A DNA stretch of 64,000 nucleotides, from NCBI RefSeq assembly GCF_036321535.1, contig NC_087436.1:113090001-113154000 (forward strand), in the 5' to 3' direction. This DNA comes from Camelus dromedarius. Taxonomy: Eukaryota. The notes below the pieces were generated by a model. The model was not told the DNA's origin. It did not search any database and saw only the letters and a list, made by a program, of their open reading frames with translations. Position numbers and translations under genes: made by a program. Shown piece by piece: positions 25,220 to 38,319 of the stretch (within the stretch, counting starts at the first letter, position 1; each line of letters starts with the position of its first letter).

Positions 25220-25976
25220 CACTGTTGGTGGGAATGTAAATTAGTGCAGCCACTATGGAGCACAGTATGGAGGTTCCTTAAAAACTTAAAATAGGGTTAC
25301 CATATGATCCACTCCTGGGCATATATCTGGAAAAGATGAAAACTCTAATTTGAAAAGACACATGCACCCCAATGTTCACAGCAGCACTATTTACAATGCC
25401 CAAGACATGGAAGCAACCTAAATGCCCATCAACAGATGAATGAATAAAGAAGATGTGAGATACTCACATACACACACACACAAACACACATGGATATATA
25501 CAATGGAATATTACTCAGCCATGAAAAGTGTGAAATATTGCCATTTTCAGCAACCTGGATGGACCTAGAGATTATTATACTAAGTGAAATAAGTCAGAGA
25601 AAGCCAAATATATAATATCACTTATATGTGGAATCAAAAAAATGGTACAAATGAACTTATTTATAAGACAGAAACAGACTCATAGATATACAAAACAAAC
25701 TATGGTTACCAAAGGGAAAGGGAGGGGAAGGATAAATTAGGAGTTTAGGATTAACAGATGCAAATTACCGTATAAAAAAATAGATAAACAACAAGGTTCC
25801 ACTGTATAGCATAGGGGACTATATTCAATATCTTGTAATAATTTATAATGGAGAAGAATCTGAAAAAGAATATACATATGTATACATGTATATATGTATA
25901 ACTGAGTCACTTTGCTGTACACCTGAAACTAACACAACATTGTAAATCAACTACACATCAGTTAAAAAAAATAAAT
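25220..25976 (+). mobile_element. 5'-truncated artiodactyl-type L1 with perfect 16-bp TSD
   Basis: TSD aaaaggtaaaggagga at 25204-25219 and 25977-25992; ORF2 end, 3'UTR and A-rich tail. Confidence 0.95.
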
Positions 25977-26614
25977 AAAAGGTAAAGGAGGAAAAGCAAA
26001 GGGATTTTCTAGCAGAGTTGAGGAACTGAAGCTTGATTTATGATAGTTGGGTTGCAGGTGGAATCCTCTTTGGACACACCAGAGTTGAAGGCAACAATGT
26101 GCCTAATGGCATAAAATTAATTCATGCCCTCAGGAGCCATGTTAGAACATTATTTATCAAACTTCAGAGCTATGAGATGGCGTGGGGCAATGCTTAAATT
26201 ATAATTGTTAGTAAAAAAGACCCCAACATAGAAATACATGCATAGGATTTTGTGAAGAGAAAATGAAAAGAAAGAAAAAACTCTCTACATTAAAAAAAAA
26301 AGTCAAAAAGAATTATAAGTCAATGTTTCTTTTTTGGTTTTTTTTTTTTTGAATAATCATGGAACTATGTTTGTTGCCCTCTACCTTTCCCTATTTTCTG
26401 AAATTTATAATGATCAGACATTATTTTTATAATCAAAGACTCATTCACTTATCCAACAGACAAGGGCCAATCACTAAGGTTAGAAAATCAAAGATGATTA
26501 GACCACTTATCTGCCATGAAGAGCACCCTAGGAGAAAGAGACAGATAAGAAGTGGATAGTTGCTAAGAGGGAGGTATATTTGAGGTCAAAGTGTGAATCA
26601 AAAAACCAGTGAAC

Positions 26615-27863
26615 GCACCCAAAGTAATAAAATACCTAGGAATAAATCTAACCAAGGAGGTGAAAGAATTATACACAGAAAACTATAAACCATTGATGAA
26701 GGAAATTAAAGAAGACTTTAAAAAAATGTAAAGATATCCCATGCTCTTGGATTGGAAGAATCAATATTGTTAAAATGGTCACACTGCCCAAAGCAATCTA
26801 CAGATTTAATGCAATCCCTGTCAAATTACCCAGGACATATTTCACAGGACTAGAACAAATCATAATAAAATTTATATGGAACCATCAAAGACCTAGAATT
26901 GCCAAAGCATTACTGAAGAGAAAGAAAGAGGCTGGAGGAATAACTCTCCCAGACTTCAGACAATACTATAGAGCTACAGTCATCAATGATCAAAAGGCAC
27001 GTGAAAAAATGTTCAATATCACTAATTATCAGAGAAACGCAAATCAAAACTACAATGAGGTATCACCTCACACCAGTCAGAATGGCCATCATTCAAAAAT
27101 CCACAAATGACAAATGCTGGAGAGGCTGTGGAGAAAAGGGAATCCTCCTTCACTGCTGGTGGGAATGCAGTTTGGTGCAGCCACTGTGGAAAGCAGGATG
27201 GAGATTCCTCAAAAGACTAGGAGTAGACTTACCAAATGACCCAGGAATCCCACTCCTGGGCATATATCCAGAAGGAATCCTACTTCAGGATGACACCTGC
27301 ATCCCAATGTTCACAGCAGCACTATTTACAATAGCCAAGACATGGAAACAGCCTAAATGTCCATCAACAGATGACTGGATAAAGAAGTGGTATATTTATA
27401 CAATGGAATACTACCCAGCCATAAAAACCGACAACATAACGCCATTTGCAGCAACATGGATGATCCTGGAGAATGTCATTCTAAGTGAAGTAAGCCAGAA
27501 AGAGAAAGAAAAATACCATAGGAGATCGCTCATATGTGGAATCTAAACAAACAAACAAACAAACAAACAAACAAAAGCATAAATACAAAACAGAAATAGA
27601 CTCATAGACATAGAATACAAACTTGTGGTTGCCAAGGGGGTGGGGGGGTGGAAAGAGATAGACTGGGAGTTCGAAATTGTAGAATAGATAAACAAGATTA
27701 TACTGTATAGCACAGGGAAATATATACACGATCTTATTGTAGCTCACAGAGGAAAAAATGTGACAATGAATATATATATGTTCATGTATAATTGAAAAAT
27801 TGTGCTCTACACTGGAATTTGACACAACATTGTAAAATGATTATAAATCAATAAAAAATGTTA
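26615..27863 (+). mobile_element. Young lineage L1, 5'-truncated, internal ORF2 deletion at ~26986
   Basis: ORF2 peptides [12 protein letters not shown]...[12 protein letters not shown] and [10 protein letters not shown]...[18 protein letters not shown] (CCHC); TSD aaaaaa(c/g)cagtgaac at 26600-26614 and 27864-27878. Confidence 0.95.
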
Positions 27864-28534
27864 AAAAAAGCAGTGAACATTAAGCTTATGCACAGAGTCA
27901 AAATTTAAAAATAATTAAGTGTACATGACTTGACCATCAGACAACGTCCCATGTGCATGAAAGAATCTCATCTTTTCGAGCCTGGGTTGTTCTGTCTAGT
28001 TATGTGTGTTTAAGAGGGTAGGGCCTGCAGACCGAAGTGCTGCATTCTGCAGGGGGCCAAGTGGGGCACACACAAATGCTGGGGGTGGGGCTTTGCAACT
28101 CATTAATTTCAGTAATGTAATGAACCAATCTCTCTGAATCCTTATCTCCATCTACAGAGGCCATAGCTTTACTGATGCATCCCTTGAATATTATAACGTT
28201 GATGTCTATTACCTCGCTTCCTTGGATCCTGTGTTTTAGGTGGATAAACTTCCGTTGAAGTTTTGACTATAGTTGAAGCATGTCTTTTTTAGCAAGAAGC
28301 AGAGTGATAAAGAGCTCAACAAACTGGGTTCAAAATCACTGTTCAGAAAGAGAACACAGGCTCTGGATTAGGTCTCCGGGAGTTTTCCAAAGAGATAGAG
28401 CATAAACTTGGACTTAGAGTTGTTTATTTTGGCTGTTGAGAAGTCTTTTTGGGGGTGTTTGTTAATTTTTAGTATCCCACCCTTGTTGTAAGTGGTTGAG
28501 TTTGCTCACATTGGTTATCTCTGGGTCAAAGGAC

Positions 28535-28700
28535 TGTTATTCATTTATTGCAGAAATATTTTGTTTAGGGTCTGCTATGTTCCTGGCCTGTCTCAGAGCT
28601 GGGGGGACAGCAATCAGAAACAGACAAGATCCTTACCTTTGTGGAGAGACAGATAATAGACACATAGACAGACAAATAAATAAGGAAATGGGGGCCAAAA
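28535..28700 (-). mobile_element. L2 3' end
   Basis: tattcattt...ctgctatgttcctggcctgtctcagagctgggggacagca. Confidence 0.6.
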
Positions 28701-28879
28701 CACCGTGAAGGGGGTGGCGTGGAGGGGTTGTGTGCAGTGCTGGATCCCCATTGCTGGTGCTGTTCATTTCGATCAACTTTGGTGTCAGTAGTCTGGGCAG
28801 GGTGGACAACTCCTGGGCTTTGGGCTCTGGACAACTCCAGAGTCACCTGAGTCCTTATCACAGGCCTGGTGCCCATCAG

Positions 28880-29040
28880 TGTTCCTAGCTGTGTGATCTC
28901 AGGAGAGTTTCAAAACTAATCTGAGCCTCAATTTTCTCGTCTCTGTTTTGGGGACAAAGATACTCCCCATCAGTGGTTGTGACAATGAAATGCTGTTAAG
29001 GTAAGTGAAGTAGGTGGATCATATTCGGGGCTCAAAAACT
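28880..29040 (+). mobile_element. MIR
   Basis: ctagctgtgtgatctcagg...ctgagcctcaattttctcgtct. Confidence 0.65.
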
Positions 29041-29200
29041 GAGATATGAGGTCTTCTTATGCTATCTCCATCTCTTCTTACTGGTTCTGTTGAGATGCTG
29101 GAATCCTACCTCTAAGGGCTTTTTCCCTGTGTCATCTCTTGAAAAATAACTCTGCAAGTACACTTGTGACTTTTCCAGTTGTCACGTAGCTGTCCTTACT

Positions 29201-29691
29201 TGTGGTAAGTGGAATAATGGCCACTCACTGGTGTCCACTTCCTAAGTCTCAGCACATGTGAATATAGCAAAGAGGCTTTGCAGAGGCGATGAAGTTCAGA
29301 GTCTTGAGAGAGGGAGGAATACCCTGGATTAACTGCTTTGGCCACTGATGCAATCACAAGGGTCCTTATACGAGGGAAGCAGGCAGGCCAGAGTTATAGA
29401 GAGAAGTTGGTGTGAGGACAGAGGCAGAGGGAAACAGAATCAGAGAGAAAAGGTGCCATATCACGGGTCTGAGGTTGGAGGAGGGCGTCATGAGATGAGA
29501 AATTTTTGTAGGCAGCCTTGAGAAAATAGAAAAGACAAGGAAACAGCATCTCCTCTAGAGCCTCCAAAAGGAACACAGCCTTGTGAACCCATTTTAGGCT
29601 TCTGACCTCCAAAGCTGTAGATACTAACCGTGTTGTTTTAAGTCACTGAGTTTGTAGTAATTTGTTATAACAGTAATAGAACATGAACACA
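29201..29691 (+). mobile_element. MaLR solo LTR (MLT1D-like)
   Basis: tgtggtaagtggaataatgg...aatcacaagggtccttata...gtaatttgttataacagtaatagaacatgaacaca. Confidence 0.85.
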
Positions 29692-29794
29692 GGCGAAACC
29701 TGCCTGGAGATGCTGCTCGAGCCCCAGGCAACAGTGAAAGTTGGGGTCTCTGGGGGGCTGGGCTTCTTAACATAATGATTTCTGAAGCTCCAAG

Positions 29795-29960
29795 CCGTGG
29801 TTTGAAGCCCAGCTCTACCACCTGCTAGCTGTGCAACTTTGAGGAAATGACAGTCTCTCTGTGCTTCAGTGTGCCGTCTATAAAACTGGGCGAAAGTTAG
29901 TATATGTTTAGAAAATTTATTAAGACATTGGCACATATGTGCTCAATAAACACAAACTGT
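29795..29960 (+). mobile_element. MIR
   Basis: cccagctctaccacctgctagctgtg...ctctctgtgcttcagt. Confidence 0.7.
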
Positions 29961-30479
29961 GACGACTACAAACGAGTTCCTGCTGAAATGAATTACTGTC
30001 TCCCTGGAAGAGTGGAAGATGAGTGAATTGTTGCTGTCAAGACGCTGATAGAAACTCACCAGATAGTTTAAATGGCGTGAAAGATGATTTTCGTTCATAT
30101 ACATGTTCATTTCCTTAAAGAGTCTCTCTCCATGGGGCCAATGGCAGTGTCTTTCCCTTCCTGTTCACATGTATTAAGGGGATGCTATTGGATGACAAAC
30201 ACTGATGCTTCTGAAAACTCTGTTTTGTCTCTAGGTCGTAATTCAAAATTGATGGTGAAGCTCTAACAGGCAAATAAAATGGTGCCCTTTGAACTTTTTG
30301 CAATTTCGTTTGTCTCTGGTAGATCACGGGCTGCCTTGTCTCTACTTTGCAAAAAATTACCTCCCTCATAATTCTGAAAACCAGGGAGAAAGCACGTTCA
30401 CGTGAAGTGGTTGAATTTTTCGGTTTATCTAGTTAGGGTAATACTCTTTTCTAATGTAATTTTATATTTGAAAAACAGA

Positions 30480-30940
30480 TGACTCTATTTATGTGAATTT
30501 AGCCTAGGAAAATAGTTCCTAATTCAATAAAAAATCTGCATATGAAGATGTTCATTGTAGCATTAAAAACAACCAAAAAATAGAAATAAACTGAAATACT
30601 AGACAATAGGAGAACTGTTAAATATATTGTGCAAGAGTCATTCTGTGGAATATTATGCAGCTAGTTGAAGGTGTGGTTATAATGACTTTGCCATAACGAG
30701 GAAAATACTTGCAATAGACAGGTAAGAGAAAAATCAGAAGATGAAATTTACTCTGTGTGAATAGAATACTTTTTATGATTATAACTCACATATTAACAGT
30801 CTAGCAGGAAGTACACCAAAATACTGCCATCCATTGTGTTAAGGTTGTGAAATTTTGGGCTGTTTTTTCACTTCTCTCTGTTTTCCAAATAGTTTGTAAT
30901 GTAGTTATTTACATATCTAAGGAAAAATTAGTTTAGAAAA
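30480..30940 (+). mobile_element. Old L1ME 3' region
   Basis: aagatgttcattgtagcatt...tggaatattatgcagct. Confidence 0.6.
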
Positions 30941-31269
30941 ACAAAGCAGTAAGCCAAATCTTCAAAATAGTGTGGAAGATGGCCAAGAAAACTATGAATA
31001 CACACATTTATCTAAATGAAAACACCCAAGGGGCTCTAATTTCCTAGGTCAGTGATGATGGCTAGAAAACTGGGGCGAGAAATCTTGGCCATTAGCACTT
31101 AGCAGGGCATGTGGAGAACTTTCTGGCACATACACTTTCTTTGCTTAAAGTCTACTGATTTGGTTTCATGAAACAAAGAAGAGTTTTGCTTTCCAAAATA
31201 ATTCAGTTCTAATCATATCAGTAATCTCCATTCCAGCGCAGGGGCTCCGGAGCAAAGAAAGAGGAAGTA

Positions 31270-31480
31270 TGTCTATTATTTATTGGGGGCTGGCTATGTG
31301 CCAAGTTCTGTGCTGAGTGTTTTGTATTTATTGTCTTCATCCATCCTCTCAGGTCTGGTAGGTGGGTCCCATTATATGGATTTAACGGACAAGATGCTCA
31401 GAAGAGTGAACACAATTTAGGGCAGAGGCTGGTTCAGACCTTGGGCTGTCGGACGCAGCCACAGTCCACTATCTCAACCA
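31270..31480 (-). mobile_element. MIR
   Basis: tttattgggggctggctatgtgccaagttctgtgctgagtg. Confidence 0.6.
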
Positions 31481-31749
31481 GGAGCTCCACCCAGCTAGGC
31501 TGCCCTTAAAGCTGACTGTACAATCCTCTATTTTTAAGAGATCCAACAGTGTCTCACCAGGTCTGTAATTCCCTACTATGGCTGTGCATGGGGAATTTTA
31601 AAGTTTATTTAGTTTTAAATAGGCAGCACACAGTGGTATTTGAAAAATTCACATAATAAAAAGGCATATTGAGTGGAAATAAGTCTTCCTTCCACATTCG
31701 TCCCTCATCCTTCATTCTCTAGTTCGTCTTTGCTGAGAAAAATGGGAGC

Positions 31750-31880
31750 TCTACATATAGGTATCAGGGACCCATACTCAAGTTTTAATGATTTAAAAAA
31801 AATCTAGGTTTGCCCAGCAGCCTGGATTTTTAATAAGCTTCCTAGATAATTTGGGCGCAGGGCTTAGGGCCGAGGACCTT
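31750..31880. mobile_element. MER5-type fragment
   Basis: cctggatttttaataagcttcctagataatt. Confidence 0.45.
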
Positions 31881-32161
31881 CGCTTCAGTCATACACTGGT
31901 GCGTAAGAAGTGAAAAAAAAAAAAAGAGCAAATTCATGTTATTTACATCAACAATATTTCACTTGTGTCTAGCCTTTCAGCAACACAGATGTTTGATAAA
32001 ATGAATTCACCTTTGCAAAATCCAACAATTTTAGAGAGTGGTACATTTTAGTTAGAACTGTTTCTGAGCAGAGATGGAACTGAAAATTGACCTCAGAATT
32101 CCACGTGTCCTTGGACCCCAGCTGGTGTACTGGAAGAAGCACTGGCCTAGGGGAGTCTGGG

Positions 32162-32535
32162 TGTCTCAGTCAGCTCAAACTGCTACACCAAAATACCACG
32201 GACTGGGTGGCTTAAACACCAGACATTTATTTCTCACAGTTCTTGAGGTGGGGAAGTCCAAGATCAAGGTGCCAGCCAATGTGGTTTCTGGTGGAGCCAT
32301 CTTCCTGGCATACAGACAGCCGCCTTCTGATTGTATCCTCACATGGTGAAGAGAGAGAGCTCTGGTCTCTCTCCCTCTTCTTATAGACACACTAATCCCA
32401 CTAAAGGGGTCCCACCCTCATAAATTCAGCTACTTAATTACCTCCCAAAGACTCCAATCTCCAAATACCATCACACTGAGGGCTAAGGCTTCAGCATAGG
32501 GATTTTGAAGGAACATAAACATTCAGTCCATAACA
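32162..32535 (-). mobile_element. MaLR solo LTR (MLT1A-like) inserted into a MIR
   Basis: tgtctcagtc...gggtggcttaaac...attcagtccataaca; perfect 5-bp TSD ctggg (32157-32161, 32536-32540); MIR halves on both sides. Confidence 0.9.
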
Positions 32536-33059
32536 CTGGGCTTCCAGTCCACTCTGCCAACGTCTAGCTGAATGGTCTTGGGCAAGTTACTTCCATTTTT
32601 GGGCTTTGATTTCCTCATCTATAAGTGAGCTGATTGGGCCAGCTCAAGGATATCCAAAGTGGTCCCTCGGGGGGTCTGGAACTCTCTTTGGAGCTCAGAT
32701 AGAAGGAGGTGGTGGTGATGGAGTAGACAGGTTTCTACTTTAGCAGACTAGCCCCCTCCTTACCCTCATCTATCTATATACCTACCTACCTACCTTCCTG
32801 TCTCTTTTTACTATTAAACTCCAGACTGTCAGATTTCAACAGCTTTCCCACTGATGCTCTTTGTCTTTTCCAGGACCCAGATTGGATACTGCATTGTAGT
32901 CAGTGTTCTATTTGATTTTGCCTCTGATTAAGATTTTATTCAGACCAGTAGTTCCAGAACAACAAGAAATGTTTGACAGCCACTGGGTTAACTGCTCACT
33001 CGGTGTCTTCTGCTTGCTTGGGCTTGAGGCTGACATGTATGAAGATTAATGGATGCAGG

Positions 33060-33200
33060 GAAACTTTGGAGTTAGGCAGAGCTGGTCTCATTTTTACTCT
33101 CAGAGTATATTGGACAATTGAGAGTCTCCCTGAACTTCAGGATTCTCATCTGTAAAATGGGAGAGTGACACCTAATTTGCACATGCTGAAGATGGAGTGA
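33060..33200 (+). mobile_element. MIR
   Basis: actttggagttaggcagagctgg...ttctcatctgtaaaatggg. Confidence 0.6.
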
Positions 33201-33519
33201 GTCTGGCACAAGCTGCAACTTAACGTGGCATTTTGGCCCTGGTGGCTGCTTCCCAAGTCCACACGGTGCTACTGACCCTCAAGTTTAGGGCCACCTAGGT
33301 CACCTCCTGGCTGTGCTGTTGGTGCTGCCCTCCTGACATGCTTGCCCACATGCCCAGCTGAGACTTCTAAATATTTGCATGTGCCTAAAATAATATTTAA
33401 TAGCAGGCTGCTCTCCTGCTCCGAGGAAAGAGCCTCTGATGTCTAGTGCTTTTTCATACTGTTGAGAGGGGATTTGAAATGTGCATTCTGACTCAGTTAC
33501 TCCAAAGTAGAAGATCACA

Positions 33520-33930
33520 CAATTAATACATATTAATCATGGGAAAATGAGGTTAGATGGGTAAACAACAACAGAAAAGAAAATCAAAATCAGCTGTGAT
33601 CAGACCACCCAGAAATAACCTTATCATTTTGGGATCTACATCTGGAAAGATTCACAGTCTCTCTCTTTCTCTCTCTCTTTTTTAAATTACACGATTCTCT
33701 GCATTACTTTTGGGGGGAATCCCTTGTCATTTACTCTATATTTACTCATATTTCTGTATAATAAAATCTAATTCTGCAATGCAATTTAAATGTTTTATTA
33801 TGTGTATATGCTGAAGTTGTCTCAACTAATTCCCTATTGCGGATGGTTTGATTGTTTTTAACTTTTGCTTTTGCCAATAATATTGCAATATGCATCCCTC
33901 TAGTGGAATCTCTGTGCACCGTTCTCCAGT
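33520..33930 (-). mobile_element. Old L1ME fragment
   Basis: accacccagaaataacc...aactaattccctattg. Confidence 0.45.
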
Positions 33931-34031
33931 TTGGAAATGTGAAGCTAGTGGCTGTCATACTCGCCCACACCCTCCTTTCCTCTTCTTTCCCTTTACAGAG
34001 TCCCCTGTGTGAACTGTTCTATGCGTGGTGA

Positions 34032-34078
34032 GCAGTGCGCTCCTTTGAGGGCAGTGAGCTCCTCTGAGGGCAGTGAGC
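34032..34078. repeat. 19-bp imperfect tandem repeat (~2.5 copies) in an L2 remnant
   Basis: gcagtg(c/a)gctcct(t/c)tgagg. Confidence 0.75.
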
Positions 34079-34229
34079 ACGTGTTATTTGTCTTCTTACT
34101 CTCCTCTCTGATACACCGCACCATTAGGGGCTCTCCATGGGTTCCTACCCTCAGTCTGCTACCCTGAACTCATGTCCCTGCTGGTTCTGCTTGGATATTG
34201 ATCTCTGGGTTTTTAACTCTGGTCCATCC

Positions 34230-34822
34230 CCTTGCTCACTCAACAGAGATCAGTTGAGAACCTAAGATGTGCAAAGCACGAATCCAGGCACTGGGGAAAC
34301 AGGGCAAATAAGACAGAAAATAGTCCTGCCCTCAGGGAGTGGTGCTGTAGAGTGGCAGGCAGATGTCAACCGAGGAAACAAATGCAGTGATAATCTCAAG
34401 GAGCAGGAAGTGCTGGGATGTCTAGAAAGGACTTAAGAGGACGGTGAGTCTTGGGGAGGAGATCAGAGGAGGTCTCTAGAGGAGGCAACATTAGAGTAGA
34501 GATGTAAATGAGGCAAAGTTGTGACCCATGAATCTGGGGGGATGAGAGGTCCCTGCAGAGGGGTAGCCCTTGTCAGGACACTGAAGTAGGAATAATCCAG
34601 CCTGTTCCCAGGAGAGCAGGGAGGGCATGAGATGGCTGGGAGAGAGCCAGGGCAAGGGTATTTACTGAAGATGAGCTAGATTGTGCTGGGCTACATCCTG
34701 CTGGGTCTTGGAGGCCATGGGGAGGAGCTTAAATTGTATTTCAAGTTCATCGGGAAGATCTTGAAGGAAGTGGGAGAGGAACGTGATCTGGTTTTCATCT
34801 TAGAAAGATCACTCTGTTCAGA
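34230..34822 (-). mobile_element. L2 fragment
   Basis: ccaggcactggggaaacagg...gtcctgccctcagggag...tagaaagatcactctg. Confidence 0.75.
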
Positions 34823-34956
34823 TTTTATCCTAAACCAAAATTATCCATATGACAAAACACTCAGTAGGGGAAGTGATAACTCCTCAACAGAGATGGACTA
34901 GGAGGAAGGAACAGGGTTGCTAAATTTTAGTTTCCTGAGCTTTCTGGGTTTCTTTT

Positions 34957-35458
34957 TGTGGCAGATACTGGGAATAAATCAATATCCATTTCTCCTCTAC
35001 TATTGCTACCAGAATTCCGATTTCGTAAGATGGCAATGTATGCCCACTGCGTAGCCTCATTTGCAGGTGGCCTTGGGAGGCTGGTGACATGATTCTAGTC
35101 AATCGGGTACGAAAATACATCAAATGGAGAGTTCTGGAAAGGTTTGCTTTCCCATTGCAAAGACCAGACACAATGGGTACCTCCCTGCCTTCTCTTCCGC
35201 CTGTGATGAGCACAGAAGCTCTGTCTCAAGCTCAGAGCCATCTTGATGACAAGCATGAGTATGAAAGATAACATGTTAAGAATGAAATAGTGGGAAGAGA
35301 GAAGCAGCCTGGATCTCAGTGGCTTTAATGAGCTGTTGAACCGATGCCAGCGACCCTCTGATTTTTTGTTATGTGAAGAAATAAAAACCCTTCCTAGTTT
35401 AAGCTGCTGTTACTTGGATATTCTGTTGATTGCAGCCAAAGTGTCCCTAACTGACACG
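34957..35458 (+). mobile_element. MaLR solo LTR (MLT1J-like)
   Basis: tgtggcagatact...gccatcttgatgac...ttgcagccaaagtgtccctaactgacac. Confidence 0.7.
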
Positions 35459-35512
35459 TTTATCACCAAGGAAAAGTGGGCGCTGACTCCATTAGTAACT
35501 CCACGGAATAAT

Positions 35513-35652
35513 ATGCAAATCATTAAAATTCCAAATAACTCAATGTACATTAAATTGAAATGATTACTGAGCCCAATTTGGGAAGCCTGAGTGTTGTGCG
35601 CGAGGGTCTGCGCTCTCCAAGCGAAACCTAAGTCTGCTTGAGTTTCCCGGAA
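35513..35652. promoter_or_regulatory. Candidate enhancer: octamer and STAT GAS motif in unique sequence
   Basis: ATGCAAAT 35513-35520; TTCCCGGAA 35644-35652. Confidence 0.3.
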
Positions 35653-35789
35653 GAAAAACAAACTAGAATCAAACAGAAGGAATTGTAAAACCTCAGAAAA
35701 ATATTTATTCATAACAACTGATATTAGCCCCTAAAAGATGTTTCTAAGGATAGAAGACAATTATGAAAAAATATTAAGAGTTTGGCATT

Positions 35790-37300
35790 ATTTTGTTTTT
35801 AAAAAACTCTGTATGTTTCCACTTAATACAATACGCATTTACTTTGTGCCGTGAAAGAGGCTGATTTTATGCCCTTCCTGCTTCCTTCCACCCTGATTCT
35901 CCTGATTCTTATTAGTTACATTATTATTTTTGGACTGCCTGGAATTATCATGTTTATATTCTGTGCTGCCAACACATTCCCAGCTTCAGTGCTATGATTA
36001 AACGAATCTAGTGTGTACTGTTGTCCTTTTTCTCCATGCCTGGGTGTTTAATTTTGATTCATGCCTTGTCCTGGATGCTGGATTTCATCATCAAATATTT
36101 TTCAAGAAGCGCTTTGTTACTGTGGTCCTTGAATTCCTGCATGTTTAAGAACGTGTGCCTGTTTCTTTTACAGTTGCAGCATAATTTGCCTGAGCAGAAA
36201 ACTCTTGGGTCGCCCTTTTCCCCTAAGAACGTGGTAGATGTCCTGTTGTTTTCTCGTGCCGAGGGTCATAGCGGGACGGAGAGGAATCTTGTGGTCTGCG
36301 TTCTCCGCACGACGCAGATGGAACATTTCCCCCTGAATTTCAGTATCTTCACAGTACACATCCTCATGTTGCCAATTCTGCTTCCCCTGCTAGAATACGG
36401 TGGGTGTGTCCTTTAAATCTAGAGATATCTAGCTTTCTTTACTTCAAGAGCCTTTTTAAAATTTTCTTCCAGCTTTTTCCCCTGTTCCCCTTTGTCTTGT
36501 TCAGAATATCAGTGTGTGTTTGTCAGCCTCCCTTTTCTCTCAGTTTGTGTTGTCTGCTCTGTAATCATTTTTATTTCATTCTCCCTTTCTGTTTCATTGC
36601 GTGTGCTATCTTACGCTTGGCTTGTGCTTTCAACAGCTCTTATCTCTTTTCTGTTGCTTCTAAATTGACTTTCATCTCTATAATTGCTTTATTTTTATCT
36701 TCCAGCTTGCTTTTCAACTGGTTTTCTTTTTATTTCTCTTTTGATCACTTCTGTTTCTTCTTTGAACCTGCTTTTTCTTTAAACCCACATTGTCAGTTTG
36801 TTTAAAACTGAAAAGAAATAATCTCCTTGTTCTCTGGGATAGATCATTCATGTCATATATAGTTTAATCTGCCTTCTGTATTTGTTTTTCCTCCCTGTCT
36901 TCTCCCTCTCACATCCCCCATGCAGGGGCCCTGGCCACCTGGTTTCTTTCTGGGTGTTACTCAGACATAAGTAGGTACATCCAGCTGTTTGACCAACAGT
37001 AGTGCAGAGAGGGGATGGGGGCCACAGGTAACTGGGCTCCAAATTTGATTGTGGTTTCTGCCCTCCTATGCAGCCTTTGGTCTCCAGAGGATCAGTGTAG
37101 CTCATGATAAAGCTATGACTCCAAGGTTCTCTCTTTCCAGCACTACTCATCCGTTTTCACACCAGCCAGGCTCTCCTAACGAGAGACTTCCTAAAAAACC
37201 AATATGGCGTGTCTTCCTGGTTCCAGTTCATTTATTTACCACTCCCTCCTCACTGACTATCTGCAATGTGGAAACAGACTTTTATAGGGGCATTCTGACT
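35790..37300 (-). mobile_element. HAL1 / ancient L1 ORF1-region remnant
   Basis: ttcctgcatgtttaagaac...ataatttgcctgagcagaaaactcttgggtc; strongly T-rich antisense L1-type composition. Confidence 0.5.
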
Positions 37301-38319
37301 TCTCCTATGTGAGGTACACAGCACTGGTGCCCACCAGCATTTCCAGTTCTGTCCTCTCCGTAATGTCCCCTTTCCTCCACCTTCAAAGCTAGTTGTGACC
37401 AGGTGAATTGCTTGGGCGGCATAATGTGAGTGTAAGGGACAAGAACCACCTCCATGCTTTCCTCCCTTTCCACAGTGAACTATGAAGCCTCGAGCCATGA
37501 TGGTGGTACAGGCAGACGGCGGAGCTGGCCCGGTCCCTGAACGCCTCCTCTGTTGCCCCACGTTGAGCACGCAGCTATTAACAATATTGTAGCAACAACA
37601 AAATGTAGCAATAACGATAACAGCAATAAAAATACATACATCTTTGCAGTCTTAAAACGCTGAGATTTGGGATGTGTTTGTTACTCCTGTGTAATGCAGC
37701 CTCTGACTAATATAGGGCAAGAAAAGCCAGCAATTTCTGTATCAGATGTTAGGAAGTCTGGACATGGAGGAGGTTGGAAGGGCTGGCAGGAGGGTGTGAA
37801 TCAGAGCAGACCATCCATCACCCATCGTGGACATGGTTTCCCTGAGTTTTGAAGGGGAAATTTTGTAGAATCCCCAAAGTAATCTTCTTTGTTGCAGAGG
37901 GTTTCAGATTTCTTGTGTTCACTGGGAAACAAAACACTAGAACCTAACCCTTTTCTGTTTCTTTCCACTTCCTTTCATATATCTTCTTGTGCACCAAATT
38001 TAGTGCTGTTGACAGCATCATTTACTACCTGAACAGACTTGGCTGATTTCTGATGGATTACACAGATCATCTAATCCTATCAGAGTCATGGGAGCTGCTG
38101 CCTTTAGGTTTTCCTGCAATTTACAGTCCGTAAATGCTTTCTTCTTTTTTCAGTTATTTCTTCTCTCTATAATTAAAAAATGTATGTATGATCCTAGACA
38201 TTCTCTAAGAATGAAGCATTACATCTTGGAATTATTATTGGCCCAGAGACAATGATCTTAGCTTCAGTCTTGTTTCCCTAAAATCCAGGGTGCATGTTGG
38301 ATCACAGTAACAGCTCTTC

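Noticed and set aside
26775..27546. 111-aa and 186-aa ORFs as host genes
   Set aside because: They are L1 ORF2 fragments within a truncated, deleted, TSD-flanked element
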